Below, piece after piece: positions 29,107 through 39,632 of a stretch of DNA of 64,000 bases (the first letter of the stretch is position 1; the number at the start of each line of letters is the position of its first letter). The notes beneath the pieces are model-generated. The model ran no database searches, had not been told where the DNA came from, and saw only the letters and a program-made list of their open reading frames with translations. The position numbers and the translations under genes were made by a program. Origin of the DNA: an uncultured Gemmatimonadales bacterium (lineage in GTDB: Bacteria; Gemmatimonadota; Gemmatimonadetes; Gemmatimonadales; Gemmatimonadaceae); the NCBI GenBank assembly GCA_963851265.1, contig CAWKNZ010000008.1:160001-224000 (forward strand), read 5' to 3'.

Positions 29107-30915
29107 TCAGCGGTACGGGTACAGCGTGACGCGCTGCACGCCGAACGATTCGGCGCCCAATCGGATGTGCCGCCCCTGGTGCGTCTGATCGCCGTTGAGC
29201 CAGCGTCCGCCCACCCACCGACCGCCGGCGTAGTGCCCTTCCTGCGCACGCAGAATCCCGGCGCTCGGCGCGCCCGGCACGTTGGAGGCGAACGTCACCG
29301 TCAGCCCGCTCCCGGCGATCAGGAACTCGTTGGGCGCGAGTGCGACGACGATCCCGCCACCGGTGCGCGCCTGGATCCCCGCGCCCGCCCCGGGCGCTCC
29401 ACCGGTCCCAACACCGGCCGGTGCGCCGGTCGCGTTGAAGAAGATTGGCACCCCACCCGGCATCGACGCGCCGGGCGGTGCGCCGGGCGACGCCCCGGGC
29501 GGCGCGCCCGCCGGCGCCGGGGTGGCGCCCCGCGACGGCGTCTGGAACGTCACCGTGAACGTGTAGTCGCCCAGCCGAAGCACCTGGGCCGAGTCGTTCA
29601 CCACGCCGTCGAAGGCGACGGGCGGCAGGACGCCCGTCATCGTGCCACGCCCCTGGTGCGCGAGAATCACCGGCGCGAGCTGCGCGAGGAGCGCGTAGCT
29701 CTCTGCCAACGGCACCGCCGTCGGGTCCGCCGCCTCGATCGCGAACGGGCTGAAGCCGATCGCGTCGTGCCGCCCGAACGCGTAGAGCGCGTTCACGGCG
29801 GCCTGCGGGTTCAGAATCGCTTCCGGCACGAACAGCGGGTTGCCGGACCGCACGTACCGGCCCGTCCACTCGGCGAAGTTCGGGAAGTAGATGTCCGGCG
29901 CGATCAGGTCGAGCGACGGCGCCGCCGCGCGCCACACGTCGATCAGGTGCGGGAGCGGGCCGGCGCTCACGTACCGCCCCGGTTCGTAGCCGGGCCGGAT
30001 CAGCGCCGCGTTCGCGTACATCGGCAGTGGGTACTCCGCCTTGCCGGCCGCGGTCACGGCCTCGGTGAACCGGGCGAAGTGCCACGCCATGAACAGCTCC
30101 TCCGTCGCGGGACCCGGCCCGAACACCTCCTCCCAACTGCCGGCCGTCCGCCCGCCCCGCGCGCGCCACCGCGCGCGCAGTTCGGGCGCCAGGTGCTCGC
30201 GGTGGGCCTCGAGGTACGCCGTCAACGCGGCCGGCACCGGGCCGGCATACAGCGAGTCGGCGAGCGCGCTGTGGTCGCGCGCGGTGGGGATCATGCCGAC
30301 CTCGTTCTCCACCTGCACCATCAGCACCGTGTGCCGGGTTCCGTCCACCAGGCGCAGATGCCGCATGAGCGCGCGGAACGCCCGGGCGTCGACCTCGCGC
30401 GTCGCCGCCGCGTACGGCGCGAGGATCTCCTGTCCGGTACCACGGGTCGACTCGGTGCGCGGGTACCGCGCCTGGTTCGTCTTCACGTACGCCGGCGGGT
30501 AGGTCGACATGCTGTTCTTCCAGGTGCCGAACCAGAGCAGCACCAGGCGCATTCCGTTGGCGCGCGCGTCCCCGATCAGACTGTCGACGCTCGCGAACTC
30601 GAAGCGCCCCTCGGCCGGTTCGACCAGCTCCCAGTAGACGGGGGCGATCACCGTGTTGAGGTGCAGCGCGCGCAGCTTCGGCCAGATCGGCCGCATCTCC
30701 GCCGCGCTCGACGCGGTGGAGTTCCCGAGCTCCCCACCGAGGACGAGGAACGGCGCGCCGTCGACGACGAGCTGCGTGGCGGTGCCCTGCCGGCGCAGGT
30801 GCGGGATGCCCGCGTCGGGCACCTGCGCGCGCGCGACCGCGGCCAGGGCGGCCAGGGCCACCCCCGCGCCGCCGGCGCGCGCGGCGGTCAACGACGCGCG
30901 TCCGCCGACGACCAC
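29107..30915 (-). CDS. GH35-like glycoside hydrolase with DUF5597-type C-terminus
   Basis: LGGELGNS, PVYWELVEP.EG.F.F, LWFGTWKNS, MVQVENE, APDIY, WLNGDQT. Start uncertain. Confidence 0.8.
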   Translation of the reverse strand: MVVGGRASLTAARAGGAGVALAALAAVARAQVPDAGIPHLRRQGTATQLVVDGAPFLVLGGELGNSTASSAAEMRPIWPKLRALHLNTVIAPVYWELVEPAEGRFEFASVDSLIGDARANGMRLVLLWFGTWKNSMSTYPPAYVKTNQARYPRTESTRGTGQEILAPYAAATREVDARAFRALMRHLRLVDGTRHTVLMVQVENEVGMIPTARDHSALADSLYAGPVPAALTAYLEAHREHLAPELRARWRARGGRTAGSWEEVFGPGPATEELFMAWHFARFTEAVTAAGKAEYPLPMYANAALIRPGYEPGRYVSAGPLPHLIDVWRAAAPSLDLIAPDIYFPNFAEWTGRYVRSGNPLFVPEAILNPQAAVNALYAFGRHDAIGFSPFAIEAADPTAVPLAESYALLAQLAPVILAHQGRGTMTGVLPPVAFDGVVNDSAQVLRLGDYTFTVTFQTPSRGATPAPAGAPPGASPGAPPGASMPGGVPIFFNATGAPAGVGTGGAPGAGAGIQARTGGGIVVALAPNEFLIAGSGLTVTFASNVPGAPSAGILRAQEGHYAGGRWVGGRWLNGDQTHQGRHIRLGAESFGVQRVTLYPYR

Positions 30916-32045
30916 CCCGGCGCGCGTCCGTTAGGCACGGGCGCGAGGCGCTCCACCGCCTGCATCGCCGCGCGCATGTACCCCAGGGCGTACGCCATCC
31001 CCGCGTGCCACGGCGCGCCGCACGTCATCTCGGGCGTGTGGTCGGGGATCAGCACCCCGTCGTACCCCACGTCATCGAGTGCGCGCACCACGCGGATCAT
31101 GTCGAGGTCGCCCTCGTCCACGAACACCTCCTCGTAGCGCGGCACCTTGCCGCGCACGTTGCGGAAGTGCACGTAGCCGATCTTGCCCTGCCGCCCGTAA
31201 TCGGCGATCGCGTCGTACACGGTCTCGTCCCCGGGCATCTCCTGCAGCGTGCCGAGGCAGAACTCGAGTGCGCTCGCGGGGCTCGGCACGAGGTCGAGCA
31301 TGCGCTGGTATTTGTGCGCCCGGTTCACGAGCCGGGCCGTCCCGCGCAGCCGCTCGGTCGGCGGGTCGTCGGGGTGCAGGGCCATGCGCACGCCGTTCTC
31401 CTCGGCCACGGGCAGGATCTCGCCGAGGAACCAGCGGAGGCGCTCCCACAGCTCGGCGTCCGAGACCGGCGGCACGATGCCCGGCGCGGCGTCCGGGTCG
31501 TACACCATGTTCCAGACCATGCCGTTAGGCATCGGCAGCTGCGGGTCGATGGCCGCCTCGTCGTAGACGAGCGCCTTCGCCCCGCCGCGCCCCCAGGGTC
31601 CCTTGGTCCACCCCCAAACCCCGGCGATCGAGAAGTTGTAGCCCATGATCGGGATCCCGGCGCGCCCCACGGCCTCGATCGTCCGTTTGAGCCCCTCCAT
31701 CTGCCGCCGCTTGGCGGGGCCGTCCAGGAGCACGTCCGACCAGTGCGACGGGTCGAAGTTCTCGATCGCCTCCCACGTCAGCCCGTTGGCCTCGATGTCG
31801 CGCTTGATCGCGGCCAGTTCCTCGTACGTCCAGGGCCGGTCCTGGTTGCGCGTCACCCCCCAGCCGAGCGTGGGCGGCCCGCTCGTGAGCGAGGGCTCCG
31901 CGCCGGCGAAGTAGTCGACGAGGTGCACGACGAGGTGGGTGACGCCTGCCTGCTTCGCGAACTGGTAGTTGTCGCGCGTGAGGAGCCCGCGATAGAGACC
32001 GAGACCGAGCTTCATGGACGGGAGTGGGCGGGCGTCAGACGCCAC
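30888..32045 (-). CDS. uxuA: Mannonate dehydratase
   Basis: GIPIMGYNF, ILPVAEENGVRMALHPDDPP, YVHFRNV, LIPDHTP, YALGYM. Start is GTG 32045 or ATG 32015. Confidence 0.88.
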   Translation of the reverse strand: MASDARPLPSMKLGLGLYRGLLTRDNYQFAKQAGVTHLVVHLVDYFAGAEPSLTSGPPTLGWGVTRNQDRPWTYEELAAIKRDIEANGLTWEAIENFDPSHWSDVLLDGPAKRRQMEGLKRTIEAVGRAGIPIMGYNFSIAGVWGWTKGPWGRGGAKALVYDEAAIDPQLPMPNGMVWNMVYDPDAAPGIVPPVSDAELWERLRWFLGEILPVAEENGVRMALHPDDPPTERLRGTARLVNRAHKYQRMLDLVPSPASALEFCLGTLQEMPGDETVYDAIADYGRQGKIGYVHFRNVRGKVPRYEEVFVDEGDLDMIRVVRALDDVGYDGVLIPDHTPEMTCGAPWHAGMAYALGYMRAAMQAVERLAPVPNGRAPGWSSADARR

Positions 32046-32865
32046 TGAACGCGCTGAAACCGCCGTCGACGGGAAGGACGACGCCGGTCACGAACGACGC
32101 GGCGTCGCTGGCGAGAAAAACGAGGGCGCCGACGAGCTCCGACGGCTCGCCGAAGCGCCCCATCGGGGTGCGGGCGATCACGGTCCGCGCGCGCTCGGTG
32201 TACGAGCCGTCGGCGTGCACGAGCACGGCGCGGTTCTGGTCGGCGAGAAAGAATCCGGGCGCGATCGCGTTCACGCGCAGGCCGGGGCCGCAGCGGCGGG
32301 CGAGGTCCACGGCGAGCCAGCGGGTCGCGTTGTCGACCGCGGCCTTCGCGGCCGAGTAGCCGAGGACGCCGCTGACGGCCTGCGCCGCGGCCATCGACGA
32401 GATGTTGATGATGGCGCCGCGGCCGACCGCGGCCATCGTCTCGCCGAAGACGAGCGAGGGGGCGATGGTGCCGTGCAGGTTGAGGCGCACCACCTCGTCG
32501 AACGCGTCCATCGGCATCGCGAAGGGCGGCACGCCGTCGGTGCGCGCGCGCGCGACGTTGCCGCCTGCCGCGTTTACCAGAATGTCCACGCGCCCCCACG
32601 CGCCGACGAGCTCGTCGCGCGCCGCGCGGAGCGCGCCCTCGTCGAGCACGTCGGCGACGAGCGCGCGCGCGTCGGCGCCGGCCGCGCGCAGCTCCGCGGC
32701 CCGCGACTCGGCGGCCTCACGCCGCCGCCCGAGGATCGCGACGCGCGCGCCGGCCGCGGCCAGTCCCGCCGCCATCGCCCCGCCGAGTACGCCGGAGCCG
32801 CCGGTCACGACGGCCACGCGACCGGTCAGGTCGTAGCATCCCGGTGGCAGCGGATCCGACTCCAT
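32035..32865 (-). CDS. SDR oxidoreductase, probable D-mannonate oxidoreductase (UxuB-like)
   Basis: TGGSGVLG, NAAGGN, YSAAK, NAIAPGFF, VDGGFSAFSGV; coupled to uxuA. Confidence 0.85.
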   Translation of the reverse strand: MESDPLPPGCYDLTGRVAVVTGGSGVLGGAMAAGLAAAGARVAILGRRREAAESRAAELRAAGADARALVADVLDEGALRAARDELVGAWGRVDILVNAAGGNVARARTDGVPPFAMPMDAFDEVVRLNLHGTIAPSLVFGETMAAVGRGAIINISSMAAAQAVSGVLGYSAAKAAVDNATRWLAVDLARRCGPGLRVNAIAPGFFLADQNRAVLVHADGSYTERARTVIARTPMGRFGEPSELVGALVFLASDAASFVTGVVLPVDGGFSAFSGV

Positions 32866-32925
32866 GGCTCATTCATTCCGGTGTGCCCACCACGCGCCCG
32901 CTTCACTGGGGACGGCGTGAGAGCA

Positions 32926-32980
32926 AGTCATATTATGAATCGCGCGCCGGCAGACTAGGAACGGCGCTCCCCGCCGTCAA
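32926..32980 (-). promoter_or_regulatory. Sigma70-like promoter for the SDR-uxuA operon plus candidate operator copy 3
   Basis: Minus strand TTGACG (32980-32975), 17 bp, TAGTCT (32957-32952); AGTCATATTATGAAT at 32926-32940. Confidence 0.6.
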
Positions 32981-33013
32981 GAGCGGCAGCAACGGCTCCA
33001 CCCAACGCCGAGC

Positions 33014-35716
33014 GTGTTCGTGACGTCGATGACGCGCGCCTGTCGCGCCGCCCTGCTCTACCTCGCCGCCGGCACCGCCGCCGGTACGGCTGCGGGCGCC
33101 ACCGCGCACGCGCAGGCGCCCACCCCCGCATCGACCCCGGCGCCCGCCCGCACGCCGCCCTACCAGGACCCGGCGCTTCCGTTCGAGACGCGCGTCCGGG
33201 ACCTCGTCGCGCGCATGACGCTCGAGGAGAAGGTTTCCCAGATGCAGGACGTGGCCGTGGCGATCCCGCGGCTCGGCGTGCCGGGCTACAACTGGTGGAA
33301 CGAGGCGCTGCACGGCGTCGCGCGCGCGGGGCTCGCGACCGTCTTCCCGCAAGCCATCGGCATGGCCGCGACGTGGGACACGGCGCTCGTCCGGCGCGAG
33401 GCGACGGTGATCTCGGACGAGGGGCGCGCCAAGTACCACGAGGCGCTGCGCCACGACAGCCGCGAGCGCTACCAGGGGCTGACCTTCTGGTCGCCCAACA
33501 TCAACCTGTTCCGCGACCCGCGCTGGGGACGCGGCCAGGAGACCTACGGCGAGGACCCGTTCCTCACCGGCACGCTCGCCGTCCCGTTCATCCGCGGGCT
33601 GCAGGGGGACGACCCGCGCTACCTCAAGACCGTCGCCACCGTCAAGCACTTCGCCGTGCACAGCGGCCCCGAGCCCGAGCGCCACGCCTTCGACGCCGTG
33701 GTGAGCGAGCGCGACCTGCGCGAGAGCTACCTCCCGCACTTCGCGCGCGGGATCGGCGCGGGCGGCGCGTACTCGCTGATGTGCGCGTACAACCGGGTCG
33801 ACGGCGCGCCCGCGTGCGCCAACGACCCGCTCCTGCGCACCATCCTCCGCGGCGAGTGGCACTTTCCCGGCTACGTGGTCTCGGACTGTGGCGCGATCGA
33901 CGACATCTACCTGCACCACAGGACCGCGCCCAACGCCGCGGCCGCCGCCGCGGCCGGCGTGCGCGCGGGCACGGACCTCGACTGCGGCCGCGTCTACCCC
34001 AACCTCGTCGACGCCGTCCGGCAGGGCCTCGTCGCCGAGGCGCAGGTCGACACCGCCGTCCGGCGCCTGTTCCTCGCCCGCTTCAAGCTCGGGATGTTCG
34101 ACCCGCCGGACCGCGTGCGCTGGGCGAGCATCCCGTACGCGGTCGTCGACGCGCCCGCGCACCGCGCGCTCGCCCGCGAGGCCGCGCGCGAGTCGATGGT
34201 GCTCCTCAAGAACGCCGCCGGCACCCTCCCGCTGCCGAAGACGCTCGGCACGCTGGCCGTGATCGGGCCTAACGCCGACCAGCCCCGCGTGCTGCTCGGC
34301 AACTACAACGGCGAGCCCGCCGACCCGGTCACGCCGCTGCGCGGGCTGCGCGAGGCGCTGCCGAACACGCGCGTGCTCTACGCGCGCGGCGCCGACCTGG
34401 CCGAGGGCGTCCCGGTGCTCGACGCCGCGGCGCCGGGCGTGTTGACGGGACCGGACGGCGCGCCTGGACTGCTGGCCGAGTACTTCGGGGAGCGCGCGAT
34501 GCAGGGCGCGCCGCGGTTCACCGCGCGCGACAGCGTGGTGCGCGCCAACTGGGGCGACGGCGCCCCGCGCCCGGACATGAACCCCGACGATTTCGGCGTC
34601 CGCTGGAGCGGCAGCTTCCGCCCGTCGCGGTCGGGCACGTACCGGCTCGGCCTGGCCGGCACGATGAAGGTGCGGCTCTGGCTCGACGACAGCCTCGTCG
34701 TACAGTCGACGTACGCGCAGCACGACGGCGAGACGCCCGACGCGCGCCTGTGGCAAAGCGCGGCGCTGCGGCTCGAGGCCGGGCGGAGCTACCGCGTGCG
34801 CCTCGACGCGCAGGAGTCGTACGGCGACGCGCAGGTCCAGCTCCTCTGGTCGACGCCGCCGGAAGCGCTCGACGACGAGGTCGACCGCGCCGCCCGCACC
34901 GCCGACGCCGTCGTCCTCGTGCTCGGCCTCACGCCCAACCTCGAGGGCGAGGAGATGCCCGTGCAGGTCCCCGGCTTTCGCGGCGGCGACCGCACGCGCC
35001 TCGACCTACCGGCGCCGCAGCAGCGCCTGATGGAGCGCGTCGTCGCGCTCGGCAAGCCGACGGTGCTCGTCCTGCTCAACGGGAGCGCGCTGGCCGTGAA
35101 CTGGGCGCAGACGCACGTGCCGGCGATCGTCGAGGCGTGGTACCCGGGGCAGGCCGGCGGCGCCGCACTCGCCGACGTGCTGCTCGGCGACTACAACCCG
35201 GGCGGTCGCCTGCCGGTGACCGTCTACCGCGACGTCGCCGACCTTCCCGCGTTCGAGAACTACGCGATGGCGGGGCGCACGTACCGGTTCTTCGGCGGCA
35301 CGCCGCTCTACGCGTTCGGCCACGGGCTGAGCTACACGACGTTCGCGTACGCGCGACTGCGCACCAGCGCGCCGCGCCTCACGCCGGCGGGGCGCGTCAC
35401 GGTCAGCGTCGACGTGAGCAACACCGGCGCGCGCGCCGGCGACGAGGTGGTGCAGCTCTACGTGCGGCACCTCGGCTCGCGCGTCGCGCGGCCGGCGAAG
35501 GAGCTGCGCGGCTACCAGCGCGTGGCGCTCGCCCCGGGGCAGACGCGCACGGTCGCGTTCCCCGTCGACGCGGCCTCGCTCGCCTACTGGGACCCCGCGA
35601 CGCACGCCTGGACCGTCGAGCGCGACACCGTCGAGTTCCAGGTCGGGGCGTCGTCGGCCGACGTCCGCGCGGCGCGGCGCGTGCCCGTCGACGGACGCCG
35701 GGGGTCAGCGCGTTAG
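33014..35716 (+). CDS. GH3 beta-xylosidase with PA14 insertion, secreted
   Basis: WWNEALHG, RDPRWGRGQETYGED, KHFAVHSGPE, VSDCGA, PA14-like DDFGVRWSG, LEGEE. Confidence 0.92.
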   Translation: MFVTSMTRACRAALLYLAAGTAAGTAAGATAHAQAPTPASTPAPARTPPYQDPALPFETRVRDLVARMTLEEKVSQMQDVAVAIPRLGVPGYNWWNEALHGVARAGLATVFPQAIGMAATWDTALVRREATVISDEGRAKYHEALRHDSRERYQGLTFWSPNINLFRDPRWGRGQETYGEDPFLTGTLAVPFIRGLQGDDPRYLKTVATVKHFAVHSGPEPERHAFDAVVSERDLRESYLPHFARGIGAGGAYSLMCAYNRVDGAPACANDPLLRTILRGEWHFPGYVVSDCGAIDDIYLHHRTAPNAAAAAAAGVRAGTDLDCGRVYPNLVDAVRQGLVAEAQVDTAVRRLFLARFKLGMFDPPDRVRWASIPYAVVDAPAHRALAREAARESMVLLKNAAGTLPLPKTLGTLAVIGPNADQPRVLLGNYNGEPADPVTPLRGLREALPNTRVLYARGADLAEGVPVLDAAAPGVLTGPDGAPGLLAEYFGERAMQGAPRFTARDSVVRANWGDGAPRPDMNPDDFGVRWSGSFRPSRSGTYRLGLAGTMKVRLWLDDSLVVQSTYAQHDGETPDARLWQSAALRLEAGRSYRVRLDAQESYGDAQVQLLWSTPPEALDDEVDRAARTADAVVLVLGLTPNLEGEEMPVQVPGFRGGDRTRLDLPAPQQRLMERVVALGKPTVLVLLNGSALAVNWAQTHVPAIVEAWYPGQAGGAALADVLLGDYNPGGRLPVTVYRDVADLPAFENYAMAGRTYRFFGGTPLYAFGHGLSYTTFAYARLRTSAPRLTPAGRVTVSVDVSNTGARAGDEVVQLYVRHLGSRVARPAKELRGYQRVALAPGQTRTVAFPVDAASLAYWDPATHAWTVERDTVEFQVGASSADVRAARRVPVDGRRGSAR

Positions 35717-37213
35717 GCGCTCGGCCGGGGCGGGCGGCGGCGGCTCCGCGCCGCGGACGAGCGCGTCGAGCCACGCGGTCGAGCGGGTCACGTACGGCTG
35801 CTGCGCGCGCGGCGACGCGAGGTTGTTGTGCGGCGAGTCGACGAGCGGCACCGCCTCCTTGGGCCCGCGGATCCCGTTGAACACCGACCAGATCCCGGCC
35901 GGCGTCGCGACGTCGTCGATGAACCCCATCGCGACGAGCGAGCGCGCCGTGATGCGCGGGGCGAAGTTGGCCGCGTCGAAGTAGCGCGCCGTCTCGCGCA
36001 CGTCGGGGCGCGAGACGTCCCAGTTGGGATAGCTCTTTGCGCGGCCGTGCAGCGCCGCGGTGACGTCGGCGCCCGCGGGCACGTCGACGATGAGCGCGGT
36101 CACGCGCGGGTCGAGCCCGGCCGCCGCGAAGCTCTGCTGCCCGCCCATGCTCGTGCCCATCACGACGACCGTCTTGCCGTCCCAGTCGGGGCGCGACGCG
36201 AGATACTCGATGGCGCGGTACGCGCCGAGGTACATCCGGAGGAAGTAGCTCTCGTCGCGGCTGTGCTGGCCGATGGTCGCGTAGTTCTTGATCAGGGCCG
36301 GGAGCGCGTCGTAGAACGCCTGCGGCATGTCGGCGGGCACGTCGTGCGGCTCGATGTTGAGCGCGAGCCAGCCCGAGGCCGCACGGTCGGTCACCCACGC
36401 CTTCTGCAGCGGGTACGGCGGGCTCGCCCACTGGTAGATGAGGAGCGCCGGGAACTTGCCCGCGCGCGCCGGCTTGGCGAGCTGTCCGTACACATGCGCG
36501 CCGTCGATGTTGTTCATCCGCACCGTGGCGTACTCGACGCCGGAGCGGCCGCTCTCGCCGGGGGTGACCACGGCACCCATCGGCACGGCGGCGAGTGCCG
36601 CGAGCTTCGCGGCCCAGAAGCTGTCGAAGTCGGCCGGCTTGGGTTCCGAGGGCTGGATCGCGGTCGGCGCGACCGCGGCGCCGAGCAGGATGCGCCCCGG
36701 CCCGCCCGTGGCGCGGCTGCCGAACGTCGTGTCGCGCGTCGCCGGGTGCACGTCGACGACGACCATCGCCGGCTCGGCGAGCGAGGTCTCGATGCGCCCG
36801 CGGCCGCGTCGCAGGTCGACCACGCCCGCGCCCACGCTGTCGCCGCCGTTGCGGCGCACCGTGTATGCGTAGGGCGCCCGCGGGCGCGCGCCGGCCGGCG
36901 CGGTGACGGTCCAGCCGACGCGCTCGCCGACCGCGTAGATGCCGCTCGGGTGGTCGGGCGTGAAGGTCGGCTGCGGTGCAGCGGGCGACGTAGCGGAAGG
37001 GGGGGGCGCGGCGGGCGGCGCGGCGGGCGGCGCGGCGGGCGGCGCGGCGGGCGGCGCGGCGGGCGGCGCGGCGGGCGGCGCGGCCGCGACCTGCGCGTCG
37101 AGGCGCGCGGCCGAACCGGCGAGGGCGGCGCCGGCGAGCGTGGCGCACGCGATGGCGGCGCACGCGAGGGCCAGGGACGCGCGGCGCGTGTGGCGGAGCA
37201 CGGGGCGAATCAT
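35705..37213 (-). CDS. CE7-like acetyl xylan esterase, secreted
   Basis: Signal peptide, AAPP linker, KPADFDSFW, GTSMGG nucleophile motif. Start ATG 37213 preferred over 37258. Confidence 0.8.
   Translation of the reverse strand: MIRPVLRHTRRASLALACAAIACATLAGAALAGSAARLDAQVAAAPPAAPPAAPPAAPPAAPPAAPPAAPPPSATSPAAPQPTFTPDHPSGIYAVGERVGWTVTAPAGARPRAPYAYTVRRNGGDSVGAGVVDLRRGRGRIETSLAEPAMVVVDVHPATRDTTFGSRATGGPGRILLGAAVAPTAIQPSEPKPADFDSFWAAKLAALAAVPMGAVVTPGESGRSGVEYATVRMNNIDGAHVYGQLAKPARAGKFPALLIYQWASPPYPLQKAWVTDRAASGWLALNIEPHDVPADMPQAFYDALPALIKNYATIGQHSRDESYFLRMYLGAYRAIEYLASRPDWDGKTVVVMGTSMGGQQSFAAAGLDPRVTALIVDVPAGADVTAALHGRAKSYPNWDVSRPDVRETARYFDAANFAPRITARSLVAMGFIDDVATPAGIWSVFNGIRGPKEAVPLVDSPHNNLASPRAQQPYVTRSTAWLDALVRGAEPPPPAPAERLTR
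37003..37084. repeat. 12-bp tandem repeat (GGCGGCGCGGCG), about 6-7 units, encoding an AAPP linker
   Basis: Read directly. Confidence 0.85.
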
Positions 37214-37353
37214 GAGCACGGGTGAGGAGATTCGGGCCGAATTTATTGCGCGAGACACGCGCGTCCGCCGCTCTGGACATCGGTGCCGGGCGGGGCGTAC
37301 GTTGGCGCACCCAGCCGGCCGCGCTTCGCGAGCCGCCCCCCGAGAGGTGCGAC

Positions 37354-39533
37354 ATGGTCCACGCCCGCCCCCGCCCCCGCGCGTTCACCCTCGCCGCCGG
37401 GCTCCTCGCCGCGCTCGCCGGGGCCCACGTCGCCGGCGCGCAGCCCACGGCGCGCAGCCCAGCGGCGCGCAGCCGCATACCGTCCCGACCTTCGCGCAGT
37501 GGATCGGCCTGCGCTCGGTCGGCGCCCCGGCCATCTCGCCCGACGGGCGGAGCGTGGCGTGGACCGTGGCGTCCGCGGATTGGGAGGGCAACCGTTTCGC
37601 GCAGGAGCTCTGGCTCGCGCGTCCGGGCGAGGCGCCCATCCGCCTCACGAGCGGCGGGCGCGGCACGCTCGCGCCGCGCTGGTCGCCCGACGGGCGCTGG
37701 CTCGCCTTCGCCGACGACCGCGGCGACGGGCGGCAGCTCTATCTCCTGCGCGCGGCGGGCGGCGAGGCGCGGCGCCTCACGCGCGTCAAGGACGGGGTGG
37801 GCGACTTCGACTGGTCGCCGCGCGGCGGGCGCCTCGCCTTCACCGCCCCCGAGCCCGAGGACACGGCGATGGCGGTGCGCCGCCACGCGTACGGCGAGTT
37901 CACCGTCGAGGCGCAGGACTTCCGCCGCGACGCGCTCTGGGTCGTGCCCGTCGACACCGCCGACGACCCGCGCCCCGACTCGACCGCCGAGGCAGCCGCC
38001 GGCCGTGCACCCGGCGCGCGCGTGCTCGCGTCGCGCACGCCCACCCCGCGCGCGCTCACCGCGGGACGCGGCCTGCACGTGCACGACTTCGCCTGGTCGC
38101 CCGACGGCACGCGCCTGGCCTTCACGCACACGCCCGACCCGCTGCTCTCGTCGGGCGACCGGGCCGACATCTCGGTGGTCGACGCGCCCGGCGGCGCGGC
38201 GCCGGCGGCCGTGCGCCCGCTCGTGACCACGCCCGGGCCCGACGGCAGTCCGGTGTGGTCGCCCGACGGCGCGTGGGTGCTGTTCAGCACCGGCGCGGGC
38301 GACACCGCCACGTTCTTCTACCGCAACAGCCGCCTCGCCAAGGTGCCCGCGGCGGGCGGGCCGGTCACCGTGCTCACCCGCGCGTTCGACGAGATCCCGT
38401 CGAGCGTCACGTGGACGCGCGCCGGCGTGCGCTTCCTCGCCCAGGAGGGGACGGCGCAGCACCTGTACGCGCTCGACCCGGCGACGGGCGCGACGCGCGT
38501 CGTGCTCAACACGCCCGCCGTCGTGCGCGCGGTGAGCGTCTCGGAGGACGGCCGCGCGGCCGCCTACGTGGGCGAGGACGCGGCCGCGCTCCCCGAGGTC
38601 TACCGCGTCGCGTTAGGCACCGGCGCCGCCGCGGCGGCGCGCCCCGAGCGCCTCACGCGCATGACCGCGCAGACGGCCGGGTGGACGCTCGGCACGCGCG
38701 AGGTGGTGTCGTGGACGAGCACCGACGGCGCGCGCGTGGAGGGCGTGTTGTTCAAGCCGAGCGACTACGACCCCGCGCGCCGCTACCCGCTGCTCGTCGT
38801 CATCCACGGCGGGCCGACGGGCGTGTCGCGCCCGGTGTTGGGCGGCGGGTACGTGTACCCGGTCGTGCAGTTCCTGGCGAAGGGCGCGGTGGTGCTCATG
38901 CCCAACTACCGCGGCTCGGCCGGCTACGGCGAGAGGTTCCGCGCCCTCAACGTGCGCAACCTCGGCGTCGGCGACGCGTGGGACGTGCTCTCGGGCGTCG
39001 ACGCGATGGTCGCCCGCGGTATCGCCGACTCGACCCGGCTCGGCGCGATGGGGTGGAGCCAGGGCGGCTACATCTCCGCCTTCCTCACCACGACCACCAC
39101 GCGGTTCAAGGCCATCTCGGTCGGCGCGGGGATCTCGGACTGGATGACGTACTACGTGGCGACCGACATCCACCCGTTCACGCGCCAGTACCTGCAGGCC
39201 ACGCCGTGGGCCGACCCGGCGATCTACGCCAGGACGTCGCCGATCACGTACGTGAAGCAGGCGCGGACCCCCACGCTCATCCAGCACGGTGAACTCGACC
39301 GCCGGGTGCCGATCGCCAACGCGTACGAGCTCTTTCAGGCGCTGCAGGACGTGGGCGTCCCGACCAAGCTCGTCGTGTACAAGGGGTTCGGGCACGGCAT
39401 CACCAAGCCGCGCGAGCAGCTGGCGGCGACCTGGCACAACTGGCAGTGGTTCTCGCAGTACCTGTGGGGCGAACGCGTCGCGATGCCGGCCGACGGCGCC
39501 GTGGCGGTCGGGAGCGCGACGACGTCGCGGTAG
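37354..39533 (+). pseudogene. S9-family (prolyl oligopeptidase/acylaminoacyl) peptidase with a 1-bp frameshift after the signal peptide
   Basis: GAGAGG RBS and ATG 37354 give signal peptide MVHARPRPRAFTLAAGLLAALAG. One base is missing at 37447-37448 in a GAQP repeat. Then WSPDG propeller repeats, IHGGP, GWSQGG, HGELDRRV, GHG. Confidence 0.82.
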
Positions 39534-39632
39534 GGCGCCACAAACGCCTGTTCGTCTTGTGCGCTCTGAGCGCCGCCCCTATGGTAGCGCGACGGCTACG
39601 GCCCAGCGCCGACCAGGGGGAGGACCCTGCGC

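Noticed and set aside
37354..39533. S9 peptidase as the RiPP leader protease
   Set aside because: It is 31 kb away, predicted to be secreted and frameshifted; nothing links it to the cluster.
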